Shown here in pieces: positions 13,232-28,232 of a DNA stretch of 64,000 nucleotides. Position 1 is the first letter of the stretch; each line of letters begins with the position of its first letter. Under the pieces are notes generated by a model. It had not been told where the DNA came from. It saw only the letters and a program-made list of their open reading frames with translations, and did no database searches. The DNA lies in assembly GCF_006345805.1 (NCBI RefSeq), contig NC_043004.1, positions 36,642,001 through 36,706,000 on the forward strand, written 5' to 3'. This stretch comes from Octopus sinensis. Its lineage: Eukaryota. The translations under genes were made by a program, and so were the position numbers.

Positions 13232-16200
13232 ATATATACACATATACATATATGTGTATATTTCTCTATCCATTTCTTGGCACAATATGATCTTATAACA
13301 GAAAATTCTTTCTTTCTTCTTTTATAAATTCAATAAAGAAAATTAATCAGTGGCGCTTCTCTCTTATTGAATGTTTAAACCAAAATAAATCAAAATTACT
13401 AGAAAGATCGAGATTACAGATACCATGGAATTTTTTGAGAAAATATAACGTAGTTCAGTGTGATTTTAAAAATGTCTTTCCTTCTGGTGTCATCAAGTTC
13501 CTTTCTGCTAGTTTTAGGTGCTTCTTTGTAGCTCACCGCCAGCATTCATCGCAAGTCGCTGTCTGTTCCAATGCAATCACACTGTCATCAACTCCATTTA
13601 AATATGGCTTCGTGTATACCCTTATTAGGAAGATCAAAGCACTCTCTTCGAAGGCTCCCACATTTTAACTCGCTGAAATTTGTCAACCTTCCTTGGGAAC
13701 CAAGGATCATCTATATTAATCACGTGACCCACTCAACGGAACTTCTTCTCCAGCAACAATGCCGAATGCTAGGCATATTGTCCATGTGGATATAAAGAAG
13801 CCTGTTAGATGAAGATGGTGTTTTGCACCGAAATGTTCAATAGCGATTGCAAATGGCATAACTGGTGGTTTTATCAAGCTGTCCTTAGCAATTGTAATCC
13901 TGGAGCGGAACAAGATATGACAACTTAATTCAAATATAGAAAATATACTGGAGCTATGCACAAATTATTAACTGGTTGCGACAAACAAATTCCTGAAAAG
14001 TAGCCTTACGCTAACTTCATTCAGTCGCTACAATAGCATTGTAAACATAAGGCGGAGTCTGATAGCTCCAATTTACAAAATTGTAGCCTTTCTGAGAACA
14101 AATTCAGAATCCTGGAAACCGAGGTTTAATGTTTTCGCATATTTCCGAATATTTCCGACCATTCTTCAAACGACTCGGGGACACACTCCTATTAAACCAC
14201 TTATTATGCTTGACTTATGTACCCGAGCGCAATAACACCCCCACACACACGTACATGTACATATCCCCATATATATGCATACACTCATATAATTTACAAT
14301 TATGTGTATATAGATTTACGTATATGCAGATTTGTGTGCGTGTATGCATACATATGTCTTTGCGTGTACTCAAAACTAATAACAGGAGCAACTCGAAAGT
14401 CAAACCGAGAATGTTAGTTTGATACAAAAAAGGAGTCAAGAAGCAAATGTCTGCTCTCCGATTTCCACTCCTGCGTAGATCAATTGTGCCCTACTCAAGC
14501 GATATGAAAGAGTGAATCCGGAGCAGTGTATGGACAAAAGATTAAAGAGACAGACGGGATGTGTTACAGTTCCCGTGTTGGCTCTTTTTTCTTTCTAATG
14601 ATAACTCCTACGATGATACTGCTGCCAAGCCTTACTTCTTTCTTGGACATCCTCAGTACCATAAGAAACTAGGACACATGGGCAACAGAAAGTTTTCCAC
14701 AGAGATCTTGCCTACGCTTACGCTTTCCAAAGGAATTTTCCAGATGAAAAACTCCTGGTCCACCATCACTGAATGGGGATTTACATTTGCATATGCAAGC
14801 GTGGACTTAGGTTTATATGTAATTTTTATACGTGTGGATGTTTGTAAATGTATAGTATATAGTGAAATAGATGCATGATGTAATATATCAAATACATCCA
14901 TAACAACATGACATGCTTAATAGAAATAAATATTATTTCGATTTGCATAAAATGTGCAAGTGTTTATACGTTTTGGTATCAATGAATTTATATGACTTTA
15001 TAGGATTCTGTGTGATCCTGTTCGCAATTGTTTCTATTTCGATGTTCAAAGCGCAAATTGCTATCATTATTATAATATTCTACTAAACGTATAAAGTTGT
15101 TGTTATTAACAAAGAAACTCGCGGCTAATTTCATTTGGTAGAGTTATAGCAATTATATGGCAGGTTTAACAGCGCCACTTAACATCAAACAAAATTATGA
15201 ATTTCACAACGTATCTGTTATGTAGTGTTTAACTAAGCGATACTAGTCCACAAATGTTTGATTTAAAGCTGAAACCAACCAAGAGTCTCCGTACTACTTA
15301 AGAACATAGGATTAAACATTCTATTATACAACTCTTACATTTATCACGTGTCCTCTTTTCTCTTTTAATGTTTTCGTTCTGTGCAAATAATAGATATTTT
15401 GTTACTTAGAGTATGCGTGTAAATATGAAAGTGCGTAAAACGATTATAAAGCTTGTAAATGTATACAATGAAAACACTAGTTTCACGTAAAGACATTTAA
15501 GGGATTTCGTTATTCAAACACATTTTAAATGGGTTCATTTGTCAATATTTTAGAAGCAGATATTCTGTAAAAATATACCTTTTCACCCTTCTATACTTAA
15601 TAGAAGGATATTTGATTGACAAAGAAAATAGGAACTGAAACGGCGCCAATATATTTTTTCAGACAAATTTATTTAAGTCAACATTTGCTTAATACTGTGA
15701 TGTCCGTTGAAAGATTATTCTTAAAGCGACGAAGCATTGAAGCTGTCCACATTAATGTCGTACAGAGTTACTTAAGACCTTGTTTAGAAATTGTATCAGA
15801 TACAAAAGATAAACGTTCAACCTGACATCATTAGTTGCATCGTCAGAGAACCAGTTTTAATTTAAACCTATATCAATAGGGATATCTAAATGCAAAGAGC
15901 ATTATTTACGTGCTAGTTTTGCGATCTACTCTTTAATCAGACACAGGAAAAGTACCATTTGTTGATACGGAGTGTCTTTCAAACATTCGTAGCGTAATGA
16001 GAAATGATAATATACGATATTCTGAGTAGCATTCTTTTCTTCACTGTTATGGCTACAGTGTTTCAGCTGTTGTAATTTTAAGTCTACTTTCAATGATTCA
16101 CGTTGTCGGTAACGTTCACAAACTTTTTAACACAACCCATTTTGTAATCACTCAATGGCAACAAGGAAAGTCGTTCTCTCTCTGCTGTTAATGCAGAGTT

Positions 16201-19200
16201 TTCTTTTTCCATATTTGTCATTATTCGTCTTGCTTCAACCAGAATATACAGATTCACTGATAAAGGGATTGGGCGATCAAATAATATCACAAGTACGAGG
16301 ATAACTAATGCGGGAAATATCGCTGGTATCGAGAGCGATATGAGAACACTGTAAACGCGGACAAGAAATGAAAGATTCGGGGCGAAATTTCGAGAAAGTT
16401 ACCCAACAAGCAAGCAACTAAAGGTGGGCAAAAGTTCTTTGATTATAACAGTTTTAAATATATCAATGTATAATAATGTTAATTCCTCTTCAATTGAAAT
16501 AAAAAATTTGCGAGAAATGTGTCTTCATGTTCCATTGGAAACTTGTTATCACTGGGGCTATGTGAAAATATGTAATATAAATTACGATAGATGCGATTAA
16601 TAACGAAGTCTAAAATTAATGGGAATTAATATTAATGTTTAAATGATAAGTGAGGGAAATACATTTCTATCTTCCGCCTCTCTCTCTTTCTCTCCTTTAT
16701 TTCTCTGTCTTTATCACTCTTTGTCTGAAGTATTCCATTAAATCAACCATATTGATATGATAGAAATTTGAAAAAGGGTAAAAATATCAATATTGGAAAA
16801 CTGCAATAACTACGAAGTAGAAGGTGCAAACGAATAAATATTAGGTGGATATGAAACCGAGTATTGAATTCTAAACAAAATGCATGACAGATTTTAAAGT
16901 ACAAGGACTATAAACATTCAAGAGATTCCAGAATAAAATGGTTTTATGTATGAGACATAACTACTGCAACCACTTAAACTTAGGGTTGAGAATCAGCGAG
17001 CCTCTACACAGAGAATTCTAGTTTTACAATTGAACTGATGCTAATATGGCGGAACTATTCAATTTCCGAAATATGCAACTGCAAAAATAAAACTTATGTC
17101 AGTTTTAAAAAATCGCTTATCCAGAAAATGAATTTTGATAAAAAAAAAAAAAAGCAGGTAATATTATCATATAAGAAATAATATTTTCGTTTAAGATATG
17201 CAAAATATTTTGTAAATGTTTATTCTCGTTTCTTTGACTGCTCTCAGTATTGCAAATCCCTTAAAATTAGATTCCACTCGATGCAACGCTACAATTTATA
17301 TCAGAAAATATACCGATAAAATGAAGAATAGATTGAAGAAAACATTATGTCTAGTGTTGTTGTTGATGATGATGATGTTTCTGTGGTTGTTATTGTTGTC
17401 GCTGTCGCTGTTGTTGTTGTTGTTGTTGTTGCTGTTGTTGCTGTTGTTGTTGTTGTTGTTGTTGTTGCTGCTGCTGTTGATGGTGGTAGTGTTTTAACCC
17501 TGGTCAACCCTGATTGGGCAGACCTAGGCATTCCAGCCATAATCTCTCCCTGTTTTTCACGCATCTAAGATGACATTATCCAGTTTAGTATTTCCTTACA
17601 GAAGACGGTGGGTTGTGATTTGAGGGTGATTTGGCTACCATTTCTTGTAAGTCGAGCAACAAAATCTCTCTGATGGCCTCATAATATGTGATGTTATTTA
17701 ACTTGGTTATTTCATTTGAATTAATTTTGTGAAGTTATTAGGTTTTACTGATTGAAAGAATCGCGTATCGTAAAATTACCCACGATTCTTCTAAGTTAAT
17801 GAGTTATACGAATTAAATATCAAAGTAAAGAATAACCTAAGAACTCCATATATAGATGGCCATAAATTGTAAATGAGTCTGTAATTCCTTTCTGAGGAAA
17901 TAAACGTTATTGAAATTTGAAGAGAATGCAAAGCAACGGTGATGACAGTCGATATCATGTAGATTCATTTAACCCCTTTAAACAACAGAAGCTCTTCAGA
18001 GCGTCTCTAACCATTAGAGAATTCCAAATTGAATCTGATAAAGGTTCGGCAAATTACGTTTTCTCTTTAACCTTAAATTAATCAGGATAGAAGCTTCCAG
18101 GCAGAGTTTTAAGGATTTTCCGAGAATGGAATACAAGGAAAAAGTCTAGCCACACAAATTATGTTAGTTTAACTAAGACGACATGGTAAAGACTTTTATG
18201 ATCAGTGCAATGACTAATTAAATATAAATGTGATCGGTGGGGAGCCCACGCATAGGAAACAGATCTAAAATTAGTGCAAATCGACCTGTTCCGTAACGAC
18301 CAGTCGCTGCATCATCAAACATGAGTCTGAGGTAGTCAGAACTCGCAAATAGAGAGAAGCTTCATCTAAGGTGATTTAAATTATCGTGAATGTATGTTTA
18401 GCAACAATATTTTAAACCAATTCTGTTTTATATGAAAGAGAAACTAAAGCAATTCATGCCTCATTCAATCTATGTTATTAAGGAATTATATTTCTCGTGC
18501 CAATAAAATCTTACAGCATATAATTTACATATGATTAACGCATCAACATAAATGATGAGCTTTTGAATCAATCGATTTATCATCAAAATATAAAGTCAAA
18601 TACGTTAACATAAAATTAATGACTAATTTGTTATATTTGCATACAATTCCGTTTTAAAACATTATTTATTGTTATAATTTTGCAAACATATTTTTATAGT
18701 GTTGTCTATTTTTGTGATATGTCAGCAAAATGCAAATATACAAATAATTAATCTGTTTAGCAGAAATGATGACATGGCTTAATTTGGAGTCTGTATTTCC
18801 CAGTTATTGACATTCGACTATTTATAGTAGGATATGAAATATTAGCAGAGTTAATTCTGTTTTCTATATTAAATTTTATCAGATATTAAATTATCAGTTA
18901 TTGCCATATTACAAGACTGTAGGTGTGCGTAATCGTAGACAAGAATGATAGACAAGAGTAAAGGATGTATCCTTAACTTTTTCAGAGACCTTATTATTGA
19001 TGGGAAGGGGTGAAGAAAGAAGGGACCCCAAGTTGATGAGAGATCTCACTGTTTCAAATAGAGTGAATGCTTCCGCTAATGATAGATTAGGGCCAGGTAA
19101 CGAAGTCTATCAACCAATGAAGTCCCGCAAGATTCAGAATACAAAGGGATGGAAAAAATACCGCAAGACATAATTCTGTCCGACAATTTAATATTTAGTG

Positions 19201-20323
19201 CCAATCCGACACGCTTGACTTTTACTTTATTTTATCTACCCCATAAGGATGGGAAGTAGTTTCACTTCGTTGGGATTTGAAATTAGATGTTTGAAATGTG
19301 ACAAAACACAACACTATTCTGAGTTTTGAAACTGAAAATCGTCGTTTCCCTTCACTAATATCGATATGAAACTATTGTATGAAATCCCAAATTATGAGAA
19401 GCCTAAAGAAATTACTTGCGCTGTAAGTTTCAATGTAAACGTGATTTGATCAAGTAGACACATTCGATTGCTAGTTTTATTTTTTTAAATCCTTTTAGTC
19501 AAATTTTGTTTTTTTAGTAACATCGAAAACGAATTGATGTGATATATTTCTTTTCACTGGGGTACAACATCTCATAAAATAAAAAAACTAAAATATTTTA
19601 ACTCAGCCCTCTCTACCAACAAACTACCAACCATACTCTCTAAGCAAACAATGAACGACTTTCTTTTGTTTATGCAAACCATTACAGAAACATTTGCTAT
19701 GACCAGCAAGCAATGATTTGCCGGAGACACTCGACGGGATCAGTGAAATGTACGGTTTATTACTTAAATGTGTCATCAATGTCTCTCTTCATAATTCAAT
19801 TATCACACTCACTTCCCAGCAACACTCGCTGATTGTTATGAACATTTCAACAAACAACTCTGAAGAATAATAGCCATAAACATTCAAAGTTGTATCCATC
19901 GTTGTTCGTTCGACCCAAAGAATAAGTTTAGTTAACCCTAATGTATTATTATTAATCTACGTAAATAAATTATCAATTAATTTCACTTCCCAGCCCCCCA
20001 TTTCATAATTTTCGATGACCACTCTCACTAGTAAATCCTTCGCCACGGTGCCAGCAGGATAAGCAGAAGGCTTCCATTGGCAGACATCAGTATGGCACAG
20101 AAACGTTTAAAGCCACTTTGTTATTCAACCAAGAAATACGTTCTCTTAATCAGGCTGTTGAATCTTACTGGGGTTTATGATATTAAAAACATTTGAAATG
20201 GTGAAAAACCGCCTTTTCATTGCTTAAATATTTCTTGCACTGACCCTGAAGTAACTCATATCTCCGTTTCCTCATCAAGTCCCTTTACTTATAGAGACCG
20301 TTCCTTCTAAATTCCTCCCCTGT

Positions 20324-20357
<34 letters not shown>

Positions 20358-20559
20358 TTTGATACTTTGATACTTTGATAGGTTTCGGCCATTATTGGCC
20401 CAGGCCATGTCTAACTTAATAGCACCACCTGGTATATATATATACCAATTATATATATATTATATTAAATTAGAGACAAAACCACTATTATGCAAATCAA
20501 ACAAAGAAAGACTTAAGCCAATACATAAAATAATTTATATAATTAAATTTAATTAAAAT

Positions 20560-20613
20560 AACCACTACGATCGTTTCGTGTCAGCACTTCTATGAGACAT
20601 TCTTCAGGTGGTT
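20560..20613 (-). ncRNA. Hammerhead ribozyme motif (Penelope-type), left arm
   Basis: AACCAC-CTGAAGA-ATGTC..GACAC-GAAA-CGATCG-TA-GTGGTT; perfect 6-bp stem I, palindromic stem III; first stem II pair is an A-C mismatch. Confidence 0.7.
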
Positions 20614-20654
20614 TCAAAACCTTCTTTGTTTAAAACTTGCAAAGAAGGTTTTGA

Positions 20655-20708
20655 AACAACCTGAAGAATGTCTCATAGCAGTGCTGACACGAAACGATCG
20701 TAGTGGTT
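20655..20708 (+). ncRNA. Hammerhead ribozyme motif (Penelope-type), right arm
   Basis: AACAAC-CTGAAGA-ATGTC..GACAC-GAAA-CGATCG-TA-GTGGTT; one stem I mismatch plus the same A-C mismatch in stem II. Confidence 0.62.
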
Positions 20709-20884
20709 ATTTTAATTAAATTTAATTATATAAATTATTTTATGTATTGGCTTAAGTCTTTCTTTGTTTGATTTGCATAATAGTGGTTTTGTCTCTAATT
20801 TAATATAATATTTTACTATAAAATTGGATTCAATCCTAAATCTGATTTTTCCCTGTAAATTTGGATTTATTCCCTAATATTTAT

Positions 20885-20918
<34 letters not shown>

Positions 20919-21091
20919 ATATCAATTATATATATATATATCAATTATATATATATATAATATATATATATATAATATATATATATATATATTATATATA
21001 TATATCCATATAATTTCGTATGTCTAATGTGTGTTAACGTGCGTGGATATACTGGTCCCTGAGCATTTGTGTGCGTGTGTAAGAGTGTGCG

Positions 21092-21122
<31 letters not shown>

Positions 21123-21141
21123 TGTGTGTGTGTGTGCGTGC

Positions 21142-21201
<60 letters not shown>

Positions 21202-21705
21202 ATTTGTGCTTATACGTGCATTTTTGTGCTTCCTTGTTTTTCTGAAACTTGTACATATAGATGTGCATTGCTTACGCCACGTTGTAGATTTTGTTTTCTG
21301 TTTTAGAACCACCTACCCACTTCGCGCAAAATCCCATACACATCCTTCCCAATAAATAACAACCCCTTAATCCCTCAAATGATCCCCGTGCTACTCACTT
21401 TCTCACAATAAACTCCAATCTATACACCACTTACTTATCCACAATTTGTGTTTCAAACAAAAACTACTTCAGTCAAAACTTCAAAACTTTTTCCTCTTTA
21501 TTCGTTTCTATCTCATTGAGAAATCCTTTTAACCCAGATATTTTATGACCAAAACTTTCACTTCTCGAATGTAACTCGCGCGTGTAAGCACAATACACAC
21601 ACATACATACACACAAGCAAACAAACACACATACAAACGAACACACACGCACATATACGCTCAAAGTAATGCACATAAACAACATACACGTGCATATATG
21701 TATAT

Positions 21706-21758
21706 ATTTGTGTATATAGACACATATAGATACATATGTATACATATACATATATAAA

Positions 21759-21823
<65 letters not shown>

Positions 21824-22007
21824 GTATATACATGCATATATATACATGCATATTATATATATATATATATATATATTTGTGTATATAGACGCATATAGAT
21901 ACTTGTGTATACATATACATATATAAATGAATATATGTATATATTTGTGTATATAGACACATATAGATACATGTGTATACATATACATATATAAATGAAT
22001 ATATGTG

Positions 22008-22067
<60 letters not shown>

Positions 22068-22070
22068 CAT
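21706..22070. repeat. TA-rich minisatellite, three copies of a ~68-bp unit
   Basis: atttgtgtatatagac.catatagatac...tatacatatacatatataaatgaatatat starts at 21706, 21875 and 21943. Confidence 0.8.
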
Positions 22071-22379
22071 ACATACACGCACACACACGCATATATATAT
22101 TTCCTGATAATTTTACTTTAAAGAGCCAACCTAAGAGTACCTCCATTCTACCCACAAAACACTATTCAGTTTTCCTTCATAATTATCAGAAGAGATGCTA
22201 CAGCCTATTGAAAAAGAACAAACAACTTAGAAAGAGAAATAAAACTTATATTTGCATTATTATCTGCTGTTGTATGGCGTTTCCTGTGAATGGAATGTTC
22301 TTAGTGAGAGTGATTTACTTTTTCTAGAAAGCATTCAAAATAGCATGCATGTGTGGCACATTACAAGCATCGGCATAGC

Positions 22380-22400
22380 AGTATAATAATAATAATAATA

Positions 22401-22446
<46 letters not shown>

Positions 22447-22475
22447 GCAACAATAACAACAATAACTACAACAGC

Positions 22476-22512
<37 letters not shown>

Positions 22513-22532
22513 TAATAATAATAATAATAATA

Positions 22533-22566
<34 letters not shown>
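22380..22566. repeat. (AAT)n microsatellite
   Basis: Direct reading. Confidence 0.95.
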
Positions 22567-22567
<1 letters not shown>

Positions 22568-22666
22568 GCTAAACTGAAAATAAAACTAATGACTGTATTC
22601 GTAACTGAAGGAAATGAAATAAATAGCAGGCATACATACTGGAAAATATTGCTTGTACGTTCTTAC

Positions 22667-22767
22667 CAATGGGCGTAGACGGTGGAGATGTATCTGGCTC
22701 CGGTAAGATAGTCGGTCCAAAAGACGGCATATCCGCCTTTTCGCGCTCCGCCGTCAGATGCTTTCGC
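22667..22767 (-). CDS. RPTP-like exon 13 seen; stop-transfer and cytoplasmic juxtamembrane segment
   Basis: ccgatttcag / G|gtaaga; 101 nt, phase 2 to 1; RKHLTAEREKADMPSFGPTILPEPDTSPPSTPI; basic RRKH directly after the TM. The strong donor implies further exons. Confidence 0.87.
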
Positions 22768-24774
22768 CTGAAATCGGAATTAAAATCATGTTAGTTTTAA
22801 TTACATATTAATTTTAATTACAATATACTTGTGCTCTGTGAGGACCGGCAAGTCAAAGAATAGACCCGAAATTTCCTCTGAGTATTGTAAAAAGGTGACT
22901 GACAGAGATTGAGGTAGGATTTCTTTTTAGACCGTGGAAAACCATCAGCAGCGAAGACAAACCAAATAAATCCATAGATTGGAGGGTTGTTGCCTGAGTT
23001 GTTTATAGTTCAAAGATGTCATCCACCAGGAGTAGGGAATCACCAACAAATGGTGGATTCAGTGCCACAATAATGCTGCTACTACTACTACTACGAACTA
23101 CTACTACTGCAGTGTTTTAAATAAATGTACTTAACGAATGGTATAAAGGAATGGTGAAAGGGATTGTTTTAAATTTCGTATGATACGAAAAAATGGAATA
23201 GGATATATCATGTGACACACCCTTGTATAATCAGAGTAGTGGCATTTGTTCAGAACATTTTAGGCTTTCGGCGATGATAAGTTCGAACTTAACGCACAAG
23301 ATTAGAAAAAATATAGCGGGTTCCACCATTTCATCTAAGCGTTCCTGCAAGTGTAGACAGCAAGGATTTTCTCGACATATTGCGACTAAAATATTTCAAG
23401 GAGAGAAATTATTTAGTGTCTCCTCATTAATGCAAAAGAATTGTGAAAATTGTCTCAAATATTTTACTCTATGCAGAAGAATTTGTTCAAAAATTTTCTA
23501 ACATCTTCAAATACAATATGAAAATTTTTACTACTATGTTTTGTATTACTTTAAATTTGACAAAAATTGTACTCCTACCAAAGTTGAGGCTTCCGTTAAA
23601 ATAACATACGTGTAAATACTAATGTTTTCCAATCTATCGCTGTCGGGGAGCCGAGTCGCTGCTAACTTTATCACTCGATCGTCCATCATTGATGAGACCA
23701 AGGAAGGTGGGAATCACGCAATGTGCTGGTCTCAGCGCTAGAGATGGTTAGGATTTATCTCCCCGCTAACAATAGAAATAAGAGTGCATTTTGCACCAAA
23801 ATCCAATATGAGGATCAAACAGAACATTCATATTTAAATGGGGATAAATATTACCTCTCGGTCTTAATACTGCCTCTGTCTCTAATATATAAAAACAAAG
23901 ATTCTCTGAATGTACTTTGTTCTTGCATGGGGAACCAGAGGCACTCCAGTCACACGCGGCCCTTCAAGTATTTCTGGTATGTCACAATATAACAAGTATA
24001 TTAACACGATAACGTTTTGCTAAAAGTTTTAACAGTTTTGACATCATTCCCACTTGGTCAATTGGCTAATTGGTAAATACATTTCTTTCGATTAATGTCC
24101 CTCTTGAATTTTCTCAATGAAATATTTGCAAATTTCTGTGTTTAATAAATGATGTCTACAGTATTAGTCAAACTATAATTTTAGTGTCATGGCTCGAATT
24201 ATAGCGATCAATATTTAACTGAAGCTACAAAAATATACCCCATCCTGATCTAAACTTTATTCCTGGAAACATTATGTAAAACGTTCGACCATTCCGTGCC
24301 TCAAAACTCTTTATTGCTCGTGGTCAGATTTCTTTAGCAGATGTGAAATGCATTTCACCCTTGATGAGAAATTTGTCAACGGCAACTAACTTATCTCATG
24401 AGAAACACCGAAGTATTGAAAACCAATGAAATAATAAATTCCAAACTAGAATCTGCTGCTTGGAGCACTGAAGTAATTTACCACCAGCAGTGGATACTTT
24501 GACAACAACGTAAACCTACTGACAGCTGCAGTTATCTGATATATTATCGCTCTTGGCATATGAATTACTTAGAAAAGGGATTTAACTCACTGTGATTTCT
24601 GAAATGGTAGTGTCCTGAAAATAGTGCCTAAATTTTGCTTTAATTTTTGGAACGCAGGCACATACACAGAGTCCAAGTTTCCAATATTTGGCTAAGCGAG
24701 TATTAGCTCAGAATAATAAATCTAAGCCTAAATGCATAAAATATATAAATTGCCAATAAGCTGGAATATCTTAC

Positions 24775-24886
24775 CTCCATATCATAAGTAAAATGGCGAA
24801 AGTAATGATGAGGAAAACGAATACGACGATGACACCAATAATAACTGATATATGACTGCTTGGAGACACAGAATCGACTCTTCGCA
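24775..24886 (-). CDS. RPTP-like exon 12 seen; transmembrane helix
   Basis: ttttgttccag / AG|gtaaga; 112 nt, phase 1 to 2; (M)RRVDSVSPSSHISVIIGVIVVFVFLIITFAILLMIW(R). Confidence 0.9.
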
Positions 24887-27164
24887 CTGGAACAAAAATA
24901 AAAGAACAGAAATGAATAAAAAATATTTCCATTCTCAGTCTATAAAATAGAACGAGTAGAAAATGAAAACATTAATAGAAATGTAATACAATTATCTGTG
25001 AACATATTTCCTTTTTACAATATCTTTGCAGAGAATAAAAGAAATTATGATAATGATATTTTACCAATCTTTCTAAAATTTCATTATCTCCTTTCTTCTT
25101 GTTTGGTCAAAATCATTTTAGCAGTTTCGCAACATTTCAAATATTTGGAATTTATATATTTTGTTTCATTGTGTCGTTCAAAATTATACATACAAGAGAA
25201 AAAATATGAATGAAATACGAAAGTTTTCATAATACACATTGCATAAATATATCATTTGAAAGGGTGGGTGGAGTTCAATGGAATCATATTTGTCATATCT
25301 CAACCAATATTTCTTTTATTTTTGTATATTGACTTCACTTAGCACTGAGACGTTCATAAACGTTTCTTGAAGGAAAAACAAATAATAACTTGAATCTAGA
25401 TTAGCAGAATTATAAATCTATACAGGAGATTTTGAAATGATAAGGTAAAATATTAGATTAAAATGCGCGATTCACTTTGATATCCTTTATTTCTTCCATC
25501 TCACATTCAAATATCTTTTTACACACACGCACCCACGCAGAAATATGCACAGAAAATCCTTTTGTACTCATGGGCCGTAAGTCACATGGTCTTGAAACCT
25601 GCTTCTTACAAGATAAGAACTTAGTGTCAGATATAGTGCTGCTATGCCGAGGTCCTTACCCATAAAGAAATATCGATCTGAGCAAAGATATGTAAATATT
25701 AATTTTTGGACCGTGTCAAAAGATATATCAAATTCAAAATATATTTTTATACCACGATAAGCAGAAACAACTGCGAAATATCGATATCTGTCGGTCTCGT
25801 TCATTTCAGGGCGCTTCGTTTTGCCTGGCTTCGAAATACACTGTGCTTTTTAACACTCCACCTCTTTAAAAGGATTTTCTTCGTATGAAAAACCGCAGCC
25901 TAAAAGCATTTCACAACACACGTATATTATGTATGACATTGATAATTATTACATTACAGAGCTGCTTCTAATGCAAAATTTGAATTATGTCTGTATATTT
26001 TTGAGGTATGCCATACTCTCGTGGCCTACTAAAGCTCAGCTACTCTCCAATGACTTTTTCTAATGCTCCTTTTTACACCCACATCAAATTATTCTATTGT
26101 GCCTCATTTATTCACCCCTTTCTTACACACATTCCCCACATTACTATAATATATTTCACCACACCTCACAGCTGAATACAACTTAACCTATATATATTTA
26201 TTTACTTAATTATTTACTTCTTGAATAAAGCAAAACTCGAAATGGCTTATCTTAAAGTTCAGTTATTGTCCAGTGACCTTTTCTACACAACAATAACTCT
26301 ACGTAGTAGGACACCAGCTACGACTGCTGTTGTGGCACACCACATCACCCACTGTTACTAGCTACCTTTACCAACAACAGTTATCCTGTCACAACACAAC
26401 AAAATGCCGTGACGACGACTCAGCTTTCTTCTGTGGGACGAGCAATCACAGACATATGATATATCAATTTAATGCAAGCACAGAAAGATGGGAAGCAGAA
26501 GAATCGGCTGAAAAGAAGACTATTTTCCTCCTAATGCATACGGAGACGAGCCGCAATGCTGTTATAAATACACACACAGACACTGTGTGTGCGCGCGAGT
26601 ACGTGTCTGTGTGTGTATATGTGTATGTTCTATAATTTCTTCTACACTTGAGGTGTGAAGACATTTCATGCAGAATAGCATAAAAGTGAATTAGTAAACA
26701 ACAGGAAACTATTTAAAGCCAATGTTTCATGCTGTGTGTCTCTCTTTCCCAACATTTTTTAACGAAAAATTAGTGTTCCGTTGAAAGGCATTCCTTTACA
26801 AGATTTTGGATAAAATAGAATTCGTAAATTTATTTTCATATAACATTCCGCCTGACTTGACGAATGAGTGGCCAAAATACACTCTGTAAATTTAGAATAA
26901 CCCTGATTGTCGTATATAAAAGTAACATAGATCAGCTTTTTTCATAAAACACAGACGCATGAAGTTTAATAATCTCTCTCTCATAGCAGATCAACGTTAA
27001 CTGTTTAAATAAAGTTTTATAGAAGTCCTGTGATATTTCATAAGTAGATGCCATTTAAGCTGATGTCTACGGTAAAATATCAACAGCATAAATACAGACA
27101 TCTATGTTAGATATTATATGAATTTGTAGCATAATGGTATATATAAATATATATATAAGTTCCT

Positions 27165-27350
<186 letters not shown>

Positions 27351-28129
27351 GTATGTATATGATGAGCCACAGATTTTATACGTATATGACGTGTATATAT
27401 ATACATATATACTTCCGACGATGCTATATATTTTGTTTTATTAGTGTTTTTTAATAATGCCATTAAGTAGCAAAGTTTCCTCCTATGTTCACATATAGTA
27501 GATCATATATGTTAGCAGAGTGTCTGCTTATGTTTTAAAGCCAACTATTTGGCTATATTCAATGTATAAGCACTTAAAATAAAAAAATCTAAAGAATATC
27601 CCCAGTGTACAATCACAAATTTTAAAATATGTAAGGTAAAAGTATAAATTAAAATCTGTGGTCTGTGTCCCACTTTTGAGCTATTCTCGCATAAGTTTAA
27701 AAACAATAACGGCTTTAAAAAAACAGAACAATTATATATTTATAATAGTTTTTATGTTCAAAAGCAAATTTTGATACTACCAAGATACCACAAACTATTA
27801 CAAAACCTTAAACATAAAGATGCATAAACTGACCACTTCGTTCCAATCGTCGTTTTTTGCCAATTTATATACCAGGCTCTACTGGTGTTAACAAGTGTCG
27901 GGTGTGTTAATAAGTGACACACTTTAGTTCAACAGCGGCTACGACAATGATTAGTCACCGAAACACTTTGATGGACAAGGAGGTAATTTGTGATGAGGCA
28001 TATTTGAGGTTCTACAGATTTTTAAAATTGTATTTATATATAAATCCATGCACCACCCCCTTGCAGTTGAGTCATTGTGCACTCCCAGGGACTAAATACC
28101 AAACTTAGAGTAGGTAAAATTGTAAGGTG

Positions 28130-28188
<59 letters not shown>

Positions 28189-28192
28189 GTAT

Positions 28193-28232
<40 letters not shown>

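Larger units (their letters stand above)
20461..20890. mobile_element. Head-to-head pair of Penelope-type terminal repeats forming a 168-bp-arm palindrome
   Basis: 20461-20628 is the reverse complement of 20640-20807 (2 mismatches, 11-nt spacer); the right arm continues unpaired to ~20890; (TA)n on both sides; a hammerhead motif in each arm. Hammerheads in terminal repeats are an established Penelope-like element feature. Confidence 0.7.

Noticed and set aside
13400-14130. Microsatellite-free, coding-like island
   Set aside because: All six frames are interrupted and no family could be assigned; weak resemblances to several enzymes and transposases were unconvincing.
14724-14770. Candidate phase-1 minus-strand exons after exon 13 (here, also ~19812-19858 and ~16150-16257)
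   Set aside because: Splice-like motifs are present but the peptides do not resemble RPTP juxtamembrane or PTP sequence; likely chance.
20372-20412. GGCC-aataat-GGCC-GAAAC on the minus strand
   Set aside because: The CUGANGA core is incomplete (CTG only); at most a broken relic.
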